From an uncultured Nitrospiraceae bacterium (GTDB taxonomy: Bacteria; Nitrospirota; Thermodesulfovibrionia; Thermodesulfovibrionales; UBA6898), in the NCBI GenBank assembly GCA_963811165.1, contig CAWEQH010000010.1, forward strand, positions 960,001 to 1,024,000: a stretch of DNA of 64,000 nucleotides. The letters run 5' to 3'. How positions within the stretch are numbered: the stretch's first letter is position 1; each line of letters opens with the position of its first letter. Both the position numbers and the translations under genes were made by a program. The notes under the pieces were generated by a model, which was given only the letters and a program-made list of their open reading frames with translations, was not told where the DNA came from and did no database searches. Below are positions 30,914 through 39,417 of this stretch, piece by piece.

Positions 30914-31250
30914 AAAATCATTCCTGGTCCTTATCCCCCTTGCCCTGCTTTCGGCGTTTTTAGAATGGAAGAAACTCCCTCTGAGCGTCGTCATAGGCGG
31001 GGCGCTCGGCCTTGCCAACATAAAGGGTCTTGCCTGGGGTGTGAGGGGGCTCATCGGGACCGGAAGGGCAACGGGAAGGATGATCTTCTTCAGCATGTTC
31101 CGCCTCTTCCTTCTTTTTGGGATACTCTCTCTTTTGGTCTACCTGAGAGTCGTAAATGTCTTCGGGATCCTCGCGGGCTTTACCGTAATATTCGCTCTTC
31201 TGATGATAGAGGGCCTCAAATACGCAAAAGACTCAGACAAGACAGAGTAA
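30888..31250 (+). CDS. atpI: ATP synthase subunit I-like four-TM protein
   Basis: Four hydrophobic segments, GGALGLAN, FRLFLL; overlaps atpZ-like gene. Confidence 0.7.
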   Translation: MDLIKRIYRKSFLVLIPLALLSAFLEWKKLPLSVVIGGALGLANIKGLAWGVRGLIGTGRATGRMIFFSMFRLFLLFGILSLLVYLRVVNVFGILAGFTVIFALLMIEGLKYAKDSDKTE

Positions 31251-31351
31251 ATTGGAAGGGACGACGGTTCGAAAAAATCAGACAGAAGATATTGTGCGCG
31301 GGAGGGGACTGTCTTTGAGAGGTTTCATTTTCTCGTATTCCCGGCCTTTTC

Positions 31352-31903
31352 TTATTCCGAGATCAGTTTCGCCAGTTTCCTGAAATCGAGGATGAACCCC
31401 TTTTTCCCTTCGGGGAAGCGCATGGCGTAGGCCGGATGAAAAGTAAGGAGATAGGACCTCCCGCCTTCGCATATAACGTTTCCGTGTTCCTTCGTCAGCT
31501 CGACCTTCCTTTCAAGAAGGGCCAGGCATGCAGAGCTCCCCATAAGGACGACGATCTCGGGACGGATGATCGACAGCTGGCTGAAAAGATGGGTCTTGGC
31601 GTGGAGGATGTTTTCCCGCGACGGCGTACCCCGAAGCGGAAGATACTTCACGGGGCTGGTGATGTAGACTTCTTCTTCCGAAAGGCCGGCCTCCGAGATC
31701 ATCAGTCTCAGGAGTTTACCGGACCTTCCAATAAAAGGACGGCCGGTCTTGGCCTCCTGCTTGCCGGGGGCCTCTCCGATAAAAACTATTCTCGCATCCG
31801 GGTTGCCCTCACCCGGCACGGGCTTGCCCGTGCCCCACTTTTTGCACAGGGAACATTTCTCTATCTCTTCGGCTATTTTCAACAGCTCTTTTTTCTTGTT
31901 CAT
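31352..31903 (-). CDS. Uracil-DNA glycosylase, family 4-like
   Basis: CSLC, PGEG, GEAPG, GRPFIGRSG, TFHPAY. Confidence 0.9.
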   Translation of the reverse strand: MNKKKELLKIAEEIEKCSLCKKWGTGKPVPGEGNPDARIVFIGEAPGKQEAKTGRPFIGRSGKLLRLMISEAGLSEEEVYITSPVKYLPLRGTPSRENILHAKTHLFSQLSIIRPEIVVLMGSSACLALLERKVELTKEHGNVICEGGRSYLLTFHPAYAMRFPEGKKGFILDFRKLAKLISE

Positions 31904-32055
31904 TCTTTTCATAGTATAATTGATGCGCGGACTTAAATTTATTAAATCAGAGATTGTTTCGAGAAGATTTCTTTTGGGTTGGAAGTGCTATTGCATCTTT
32001 GTTTCCAAAAAATGAATTCAGGCAGATTTGATCCGGAATATTCTAAAATAGACGT

Positions 32056-32418
32056 ATGAAGGCAAAGAAGAACCTTATCGCCGTCGGGGACCGGGTGCTC
32101 ATAGATCCCGACGAGAGGACGGACAGGACCACTTCCGGTCTCTATCTGCCGCCCACGGTCAGGGAAAAGGAGAAAGTCATCGGCGGCTACGTCATAAGGA
32201 CCGGCCCGGGGTACGCGATCCACGACCCGGTTTCCGAGGAGTCCTGGTCCGCCGACAGGAAAGCACTTAAGTACATACCGCTTCAGGCGGTCGAGGGCGA
32301 CTACGCGATCTTCTTAAAAGAGTCGGCGATAGAGATTGAATTCGAAGGAAAGAAATACCTTATTGTCCCCCATTCCGCCATACTCGCCCTGGTGAGAACG
32401 GATTTGGAAGAAACGTAG
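32056..32418 (+). CDS. Stand-alone GroES/Cpn10-family co-chaperonin
   Basis: GDRVLI, TTSGLYLP mobile loop, GPG, EGKKYLIV...ILA. Confidence 0.85.
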   Translation: MKAKKNLIAVGDRVLIDPDERTDRTTSGLYLPPTVREKEKVIGGYVIRTGPGYAIHDPVSEESWSADRKALKYIPLQAVEGDYAIFLKESAIEIEFEGKKYLIVPHSAILALVRTDLEET

Positions 32419-32420
32419 CC

Positions 32421-32816
32421 TTAGCCGTATATATATTTTCCAACAAGACTGAACAAAAGCGCTGCCAGAACAATCGCGGTAACAAAAACATATGTTCGGT
32501 CATGCTGTTTCGCAAAGGCAAACAGGAGAAAAGCCACCCAGGCAACCGGGGTAAACATCAGAAGGAGAAGCCCGAACTGAATTATGCCGCGGCTCCGCAG
32601 AGAGAAAGCATCTTTTACTATTCCATGCACGGTGCGCAGGTCCGCGGGTTCGCCTGAAAAGATTTTGTACTCGGGGGCGACTGTCCCATATTTTATCAGA
32701 TAGAGAACGCCTCCGATAATCACAAAAAAAGAGGCAATGATAACACCGGCCCGCAGGAAATTGCCCACGATTAATTCGATATGCTCGTCTGTCCAGGCGT
32801 ATTTCCCCCGCACCAT
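32421..32816 (-). CDS. DUF1634-like membrane protein
   Basis: LRAGV, GLLLLMFTP, DRTYV; abuts TauE gene. Confidence 0.75.
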   Translation of the reverse strand: MVRGKYAWTDEHIELIVGNFLRAGVIIASFFVIIGGVLYLIKYGTVAPEYKIFSGEPADLRTVHGIVKDAFSLRSRGIIQFGLLLLMFTPVAWVAFLLFAFAKQHDRTYVFVTAIVLAALLFSLVGKYIYG

Positions 32817-33653
32817 TCAGATTTTTCCCGTCAAGCCGTTGTATATCATTTGGAGAGCAAGAATAAGTATGACTATGCTGAACACCGTTCTCAAAAGACG
32901 GGTCCTTGCCTTTACAAGTATGCGCGCTCCGGTCATAGCCCCCATAAGCACGCCAAGCATCACAGGCATCGAGAGCCCTGGATCAACGTACCCGCGATTG
33001 AGATATATTCCGACACTGGCGGCCGCAGTTACGCCGATCATAAAGTTACTCGTGGTCGTCGAGACCTTAAAGGGGATGCGCATAAAGTGGTCCATCGCAA
33101 GCACCTTTACCGCGCCTGAGCCGATGCCCAGCAGGCCAGATAGGGTGCCGGCCGAAAACATCAGGCCAAAGCCCGTGGGTACTGCGTGTACATGATATGC
33201 TTGCCGGCCTTCGGCGGAGGGAAAACTTCCGTCCAGCCTCAGCCGGGTTGACAGCGGGTCGGGACGGTCGGTGCCGCCGTCCTCTCGTGGCGGTCGTGAG
33301 GAGAGATACGCAGAATGTATAAGTACGACACCAAAGATTACCGCAAGTAAAGAGGTGTGTATGCGTGACGCCATGAAAGCTCCGCACAGGGCGCCCAGCG
33401 TAGTTGCTATTTCAAGAAACATCCCGATGCGGATATTGGTATAGCCCTCCTTGACATATGCGGAAGCGGCCCCCGCGGAAGTTGCGATCACGGAGACCAG
33501 TGATGCACCGATTGCATACCTTATATCGACACCGAAAGCCAGGGTAAGTAACGGCACAATAACAACTCCTCCTCCGAGTCCCGTCAGTGAACCTAAAAGA
33601 CCGGCCAAAAAAGAACCCATCCAGACAAGGGATGTAAACTCAGCGATATTCAT
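32817..33653 (-). CDS. TauE/SafE (TSUP) family permease
   Basis: GSLTGLGGG and SGLLGIGSG repeats, TTSNFMIG. Confidence 0.9.
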   Translation of the reverse strand: MNIAEFTSLVWMGSFLAGLLGSLTGLGGGVVIVPLLTLAFGVDIRYAIGASLVSVIATSAGAASAYVKEGYTNIRIGMFLEIATTLGALCGAFMASRIHTSLLAVIFGVVLIHSAYLSSRPPREDGGTDRPDPLSTRLRLDGSFPSAEGRQAYHVHAVPTGFGLMFSAGTLSGLLGIGSGAVKVLAMDHFMRIPFKVSTTTSNFMIGVTAAASVGIYLNRGYVDPGLSMPVMLGVLMGAMTGARILVKARTRLLRTVFSIVILILALQMIYNGLTGKI

Positions 33654-33874
33654 TGCCTCATTGTCTCCGTAATTATCTTCCCTGAATTACTATGTCGAAC
33701 TATCCTTTAAATTCTATTTCAGATTATGGCCGGACGCAATAAAAGAAGGCTGAACAACCGGACTCCGAAGATAAAACAGAGGGATACTGCGAGAAAGACC
33801 AGACCACCTCTCAAAAGTATTCAGCAGCCACTTAGCCCTTCACGATGTGAAGGGCCAAGATGTTTGGACTCAAC

Positions 33875-34090
33875 CTAACACTGTTCGGAAATGTTCCTGG
33901 CAATAGCGACTCCGCCAAGTTCGTGATACGTAACAATTGCGTTACGGTCAACGCTCACGTCTTTCACCGGTTCTCTCGCGTTACACACATTAAGCTTTGT
34001 ATCTTTATTCAGAAATATGTTCTACGTGTCGTTCGGAAACTGCCTCTTTTGTCGAAAGTCGTGTTCGGGCACCGCAATGTGGATTGATAC
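33875..34090 (-). pseudogene. Possible degraded gene remnant
   Basis: Minus frame reads ...QKRQFPNDT*NIFLNKDTKLNVCNAREPVKDVSVDRNAIVTYHELGGVAIARNISEQC*; no start found; hairpin at 33835-33855 downstream. Confidence 0.3.
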
Positions 34091-34157
34091 TTTCTGCGTC
34101 CCCTTCCTTCTTGTATTCGCCCCCTTTAAAGGTTATATTGTTAAACAGGACAATAAT

Positions 34158-34814
34158 ATGATCCCTTTAGGCGATATTGATCGAAGGCCCATAAGCTTCC
34201 CCGTCATTACTGCAATTATTATTTCAGCGAATGTCTCTATCTTTCTGCTTGAATTATTCAATGGAGATGCATTTATCCTCCGGTGGTCGTTAATTCCTGC
34301 AGAGATTGCAAGAGGACGAAATCTGATCACGATCCTCAGCGCCATGTTCATGCATGCCGGCTGGCTGCATATAATCGGTAACATGGTATATTTCTGGGCT
34401 TTCGGGCCGGAGATGGAGGATGTGATGAATAAAGGCGGCTTCCTGATTTTCTATTTATCAGGCGGACTGGTGGCATCACTGGCACAGGTCGTAGTAAATC
34501 CGAAATCTACAGTCCCCAACCTTGGAGCGAGCGGCGCTATTGCAGCGGTTATGGGAGCCTTTCTCATCACCTTCCCCCGCGACAGAATTCGTACGGTGAT
34601 TTTGCTCGGCTGGTTTTTCTTTATTCGTTTTATCCCTGCAATAATACTGGTGGGATTCTGGTTTGTCATACAGCTATTCAGCGAGGTCGGAGTAGGAGCA
34701 CAAAGGCAGACCGGTGGGGTAGCTTATATGGCACACATCAGCGGGTTTATATTCGGTATGGCGTCAGCACGTCTTTTTGAGTCCCGTCAGAGGCGTGCCA
34801 AGCTGGGGATCTGA
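34158..34814 (+). CDS. Rhomboid intramembrane serine protease
   Basis: MIPLGD start; HAGWLHIIGNM, GASG, AHISG. Confidence 0.92.
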   Translation: MIPLGDIDRRPISFPVITAIIISANVSIFLLELFNGDAFILRWSLIPAEIARGRNLITILSAMFMHAGWLHIIGNMVYFWAFGPEMEDVMNKGGFLIFYLSGGLVASLAQVVVNPKSTVPNLGASGAIAAVMGAFLITFPRDRIRTVILLGWFFFIRFIPAIILVGFWFVIQLFSEVGVGAQRQTGGVAYMAHISGFIFGMASARLFESRQRRAKLGI

Positions 34815-34881
34815 AATGGACGCAGCGGTGTTTCATGCTTTTTCTTAAAATCCCGAGATACATGGAGGACGGAAATTTGAG

Positions 34882-35853
34882 ATGAAAAGAACTACACTTT
34901 TCTTTATCCTCTGTGTTGCAATACTTTCGGGATGCACCGGACTTCATGTATCCCTTCTGCCCGAGACAGAACCGCTTGTGGAGAAAATCCTTGAAGGCGA
35001 TGGAAAGCAAAAAATACTTCTTATTGATCTGGACGGTGTGATCTCTTTCAAGGAGGAAAAAGACATTCTGAATTTTAGGACGGGACCCTCGAAAGTCGCC
35101 TTTTTCAGGGAGGCCCTCCTCAAGGCCGAGGCAGACCCCGAGATCTCGGGTGTGATCCTGAGAATAAACTCGCCAGGCGGCACCGTTGCCGCAAGCGATG
35201 CGATCTACCATGAGATCATGAGCTTCAGAAAGAAAAGGAAAGTACCCGTTCATGCCTATATTATGGAGGTGGGCGCTTCGGGGGGATATTATGTGGCCTC
35301 GGCAGCCGACCGAATCATTGCAAGTCCCACTGCCATAGTGGGCAGCATAGGCGTCATCGCCATGAAATTCAATATCGAGGGGCTTATGTCGAAGATCGGG
35401 GTCTCTGAGGAGACCTACAAATCAGGCCCGAAAAAGGACTTCTGGTCGCCCTTCCGACCCACCACGCCGGAGGAGAAGAAGATGTTCCAGGACATCATCG
35501 ACAGGCTTTATGCCCGCTTTACCGAAGTCGTCTGCGCAAACAGGCAGAAGCTCCTCGCCGAACAGGAGATCATGGCCCTTGCCGACGGCAGGGTGTTTGT
35601 CTCAAACGAGGCCCTCGCGGCAAAACTGATCGACCGGGTGGCATATCTGGATGAAACGATCACCGATATGAAAAACGATCTCAATATTAGGCAAGCGAAG
35701 GTGATCACCTATGTCAGACCCAAGACCTACAAATCGAACATATATTCGGAAATGCCTCTGCCTGGCCCCCAGGTGATAAACCTGATCTCGGTAAACGCCG
35801 AGGATCTTTCCCTTTTGTCAGGGGTGCAGTTCATGTATATCTGGAACCCCTAG
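34882..35853 (+). CDS. sppA: Signal peptide peptidase SppA (S49), lipoprotein
   Basis: ILSGC lipobox; INSPGG, ASGGYY, GSIGV. Confidence 0.92.
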   Translation: MKRTTLFFILCVAILSGCTGLHVSLLPETEPLVEKILEGDGKQKILLIDLDGVISFKEEKDILNFRTGPSKVAFFREALLKAEADPEISGVILRINSPGGTVAASDAIYHEIMSFRKKRKVPVHAYIMEVGASGGYYVASAADRIIASPTAIVGSIGVIAMKFNIEGLMSKIGVSEETYKSGPKKDFWSPFRPTTPEEKKMFQDIIDRLYARFTEVVCANRQKLLAEQEIMALADGRVFVSNEALAAKLIDRVAYLDETITDMKNDLNIRQAKVITYVRPKTYKSNIYSEMPLPGPQVINLISVNAEDLSLLSGVQFMYIWNP

Positions 35854-35870
35854 ACGGGCGAATCGGAACG

Positions 35871-38276
35871 TTACTCTATCCTTACCTGAAAGTCCCTCCC
35901 TTCCCAGAGGCCTGCGTCCGGCCAGTAGAAAGTAAATGCAACAGAAGTCCCCGCAGAAAGCTTTTCTGCAGGCAGGTCAACATAGTGCAGTCCGAACCCG
36001 CTGTCTTTTGTCTCGGCGTCATGAACGTCATTCCATCCGTCAGGACTCCAGTGGACAGTCGCCCGGCTTAGCACCTCTACACGGAGTGTCTTTGTCGGGG
36101 GCATAGTTCTGCATTTATGGTTGAACCTCCAGATACTGAGCGACGATTCAGTCTTTTTCCTTACATATCGTTCCACAGTCTGGGAAGGAGTATCGAAAAC
36201 ACGACCATCTCTAAGGGAACGGAGAAGTTTTATATATTCCGCATGGGCCCAGACAAGCGGCATCGCAGAACCTGAAGGTCTTCCAAAAAAGAGTTCCCTC
36301 TCGGGTATGTCGCGGGAGTCCCAAATCTGCTCCGGGATCATCCCTCCTTCATTGGCAAAGGCGGCCATCACCTTCATCAGTCTTTCCGCCTCTTCCTTGT
36401 TTCCGACCGCAAGTTCATAATGGGCGCGCTCGCCAGTGAGAAGCGGCCAGAGTCGTCCCACGCCTGTGCCGTCGAACGGCGAGCCGTCATCGTGTTCTCC
36501 GTAGCCATCGTCGTTATATCGGTGCCATGCCGGGCCAAAGGGCGTTTCGACTCTGAGAAGCGCATCGATTACCCTTATGGTATCGAGTATCCGCTGGTCG
36601 TCCGGCGCGCGGAGACCGAACCGCACAAGCGCCAGGGCATCGGGACTTACTATCTGCGATGCCGGCATACTGCTCTGTCCCGCAGGCCTGTTCTTTATAG
36701 GAACGAACCCGTTTGCAGGAGATGCAGCATCGGCTGTTTCCGGCGGAGCTATACGCACGTAATATCCGTCAACGCCTGCCTTTTTGGCGATCTCACCCCC
36801 CCTCGTATAAATCCAGCGCTCTATACCTGAATTCCAGGCATCCGCAGTCTCACGGAGAAAGGCTGCCGGTCCGGGCTCATCATTTACTTCCGCGAGGTCC
36901 GCTGCGGCCAGCAGCGCGGAGATTTCCACTGCAAGGGTAAACGGCGAATAGCCACCGTCCTCTTCCCATCGGTCCTGCTGCGTCACCGGACCATTCCGCA
37001 CGATAAACCCTGCAGCAGTTTTCACCATCTGCCAGAGCTTTTCCATGTCACCGCCAACCAAGGCACGTTCCCGTCTCGCGAGATCAACGAGCAGGATAGG
37101 AAATGCCGTTTCGTCTATCTGTATACCCGACCAGTATTGAGAGCCGTCGAGCCACATGTTCTGAGGCCAGTGGCCGTCCTCTTCCTGAGTCGTCAGCAGA
37201 TAATGAAGTATGCGGTGCACATCATCAAAGGCGCCCGCCGCCAGAAACCCACCGGCGGCCTCTGCAAGGTCACGCGGCCAGACGAGATGGTACCCGCCGA
37301 GGTCGTCGTCTCCCTTGGCAAAGCCCCAGGGGATCGCAAGACTCGCGATAACGCCGCCCGGGAAGTTATTGGCCTCGTGCGTCCTGAGGACCGCGGTGCT
37401 CACACTGCAAAGGTCTCGGCTGCCGGAGCTTGTTCCGCCCTTGAGAGAAAGGGTCCGCTGCCACATCAGCCACTCGCGGATATAGTCATCTTTCGCAGCG
37501 TCGAATCCGTCGATAAGACTCGCACGGGCGCGGTTGCCCGCCTCGGCCGCGTTTCTTCCGAAGCCCAGTGCGAGGAGGAAACCGCCCTTGCCGGAAACAA
37601 TGTCTATCTCTGCGGTCAGGGCAACGTTGCCGTTTTCAGCTCTCTCGTATGTCCATGTCATCTCTTTGTGCTGCATCAGATCATGCCAGCCGTCGGACAC
37701 CCCGACAAAGCCCGCGGAACGCTTCAACCAGGGGGCTGAGCAGGCAAGTGCGAGGGTAAAAGAGTCTCGTTGCGCAAAGAGCATCGGGATTCCCTTATAA
37801 TCGCCCATCCATGCGGTGTTTTCGTCGCCCCTGTTTCCAAGGTGGGGAGTGAGAAGGACATGGAGACGATAGTCCTTTAACTCTCCCTGCACCGGGGTAA
37901 AAAGGGTCTGCTGGAGCACGACGTCCCGCCTCGGGTCCGCCACGATCTCTTTTTCGATCCTGTAACGGCCCTGTTTGCAGGTATTTTCGAGACGAAAGGC
38001 CGGGACCCCTTCTGCCAGGTAAGAAACTGAGGATGCCGCATGACGTTTCTCCTCGGAGAAAAAGTCCCGTCCGTCCGTAACGATCAGTCCCATGTCTCGA
38101 GTGCACGCAAGGTCTAAACGAGGGAAATAGATCTCGTTGAAGATACCGTGGCTGATCGTGAACCAGACGCGGCTTAAGGGGCTCAGAGACGTGCCGACGC
38201 CGCTCTTTGCGCTCGAAGTCCATCGTGGTTCGGAACCAGGCCGGCCCGGTGCATTAGAATTGACGATCATATCCAC
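35871..38276 (-). CDS. Glucoamylase/glucodextranase (GH15)
   Basis: APGRPG..PRWTSSAK, YHLVWPRD, QDRWEE, IPEQIW, MPLVWAHAEY. Confidence 0.92.
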   Translation of the reverse strand: MDMIVNSNAPGRPGSEPRWTSSAKSGVGTSLSPLSRVWFTISHGIFNEIYFPRLDLACTRDMGLIVTDGRDFFSEEKRHAASSVSYLAEGVPAFRLENTCKQGRYRIEKEIVADPRRDVVLQQTLFTPVQGELKDYRLHVLLTPHLGNRGDENTAWMGDYKGIPMLFAQRDSFTLALACSAPWLKRSAGFVGVSDGWHDLMQHKEMTWTYERAENGNVALTAEIDIVSGKGGFLLALGFGRNAAEAGNRARASLIDGFDAAKDDYIREWLMWQRTLSLKGGTSSGSRDLCSVSTAVLRTHEANNFPGGVIASLAIPWGFAKGDDDLGGYHLVWPRDLAEAAGGFLAAGAFDDVHRILHYLLTTQEEDGHWPQNMWLDGSQYWSGIQIDETAFPILLVDLARRERALVGGDMEKLWQMVKTAAGFIVRNGPVTQQDRWEEDGGYSPFTLAVEISALLAAADLAEVNDEPGPAAFLRETADAWNSGIERWIYTRGGEIAKKAGVDGYYVRIAPPETADAASPANGFVPIKNRPAGQSSMPASQIVSPDALALVRFGLRAPDDQRILDTIRVIDALLRVETPFGPAWHRYNDDGYGEHDDGSPFDGTGVGRLWPLLTGERAHYELAVGNKEEAERLMKVMAAFANEGGMIPEQIWDSRDIPERELFFGRPSGSAMPLVWAHAEYIKLLRSLRDGRVFDTPSQTVERYVRKKTESSLSIWRFNHKCRTMPPTKTLRVEVLSRATVHWSPDGWNDVHDAETKDSGFGLHYVDLPAEKLSAGTSVAFTFYWPDAGLWEGRDFQVRIE

Positions 38277-39370
38277 TCGATCACCCCCTTTATTTCATCC
38301 GCGGGATGACCCTGCAGCGCCCTTTCAAATTCTTCAGGACGATAACGGTGGGTGATCAGTCTTTCAACATGATCTCCCCAGCGATGTCTTGCATCCACAA
38401 GGTCGCCGACCGCCATCTGAAAATTGCCGCGAGAAGCATTGACGCTGCCGAGCATTACCTGATTGCCGAGCACAAGCCTTCTCACCAATTCGGCTCCCGG
38501 TATCTGTAAAGGACGGTCTCCGCCGGGGATCCCGGTTAGTACATAGATGCCGTTTATACCGAGCGCATCGAGGAGGTTGAATTCGAGCGAGGCGACGCCT
38601 GTGGCCTCGAAGATGAGGTCCATCGCCCCAAGCTCCTGCGGCACGCGGTCCGGCGTCACCTTTCTTCCATCGACATATCTGCCGCCGATGAATTCAAGCC
38701 ATATAGGTCTTGCCGTGCCGGGGTCGACAATATCGGTCCCGTATACCTCTGCCCCCCTGAGGCTGAGCACCATCGCGGCAAGCAGGCCGACAGGGCCGAG
38801 TCCGGCGACAAGACATCGTCTTCCCCGAAGCCAGAGAAGACTGGCAGGCGCATCGGGCAGGCGTGCGGCCTGGGCCCTCACCGCTTCATCTATCGCCTTC
38901 TCGGCAATCGAGAGCGGCTCGGTAAGAACGCCAACCGCCTCAAGTTCATCCGGCAAATGCACCGCATGGATCTCCCGGTCTACCACGAATCCGGTCTCGT
39001 ACCCGTCGAGCCCCTTGATACCACGCTCCCTATAATCTCCGGTACTGCACATATCGGCCCGGTCCATAATACAGGCAGGACATCTTCCGCATCCGCGCCG
39101 CACGGTAAAGACACAGTAATCGCCGGCCTTCACACGCGTGACACCACTGCCCGTTTCCACGACCTGTCCGAACATCTCATGTCCGATAACAAGTTCGCTG
39201 CTTCCCTTCGGAGCGTCCGCCCGTCCTCCTGATGCTTCTTCCCTGTCGGTGCCGCAGATACCAACGCGAAGCACGCGCAATTTGATTTCGTCAGTCGCCG
39301 TAATAGAGGGCTGGGGCCGGTCGACGAGCCGGAGGTTTGTCGTTCCAGTGACAATGGATATCGCCTTCAT
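38267..39370 (-). CDS. Zn-dependent (MDR) glucose 1-dehydrogenase-like protein
   Basis: GICGTD, GHE, CGRCPAC...C, ERGI, GLGPVG, GSVNA; overlaps GH15. Confidence 0.85.
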   Translation of the reverse strand: MKAISIVTGTTNLRLVDRPQPSITATDEIKLRVLRVGICGTDREEASGGRADAPKGSSELVIGHEMFGQVVETGSGVTRVKAGDYCVFTVRRGCGRCPACIMDRADMCSTGDYRERGIKGLDGYETGFVVDREIHAVHLPDELEAVGVLTEPLSIAEKAIDEAVRAQAARLPDAPASLLWLRGRRCLVAGLGPVGLLAAMVLSLRGAEVYGTDIVDPGTARPIWLEFIGGRYVDGRKVTPDRVPQELGAMDLIFEATGVASLEFNLLDALGINGIYVLTGIPGGDRPLQIPGAELVRRLVLGNQVMLGSVNASRGNFQMAVGDLVDARHRWGDHVERLITHRYRPEEFERALQGHPADEIKGVIEWI

Positions 39371-39417
39371 GTTATATATACACCCCCTGTCAATTTTCCT
39401 GCATGTTCACAGTCGAC

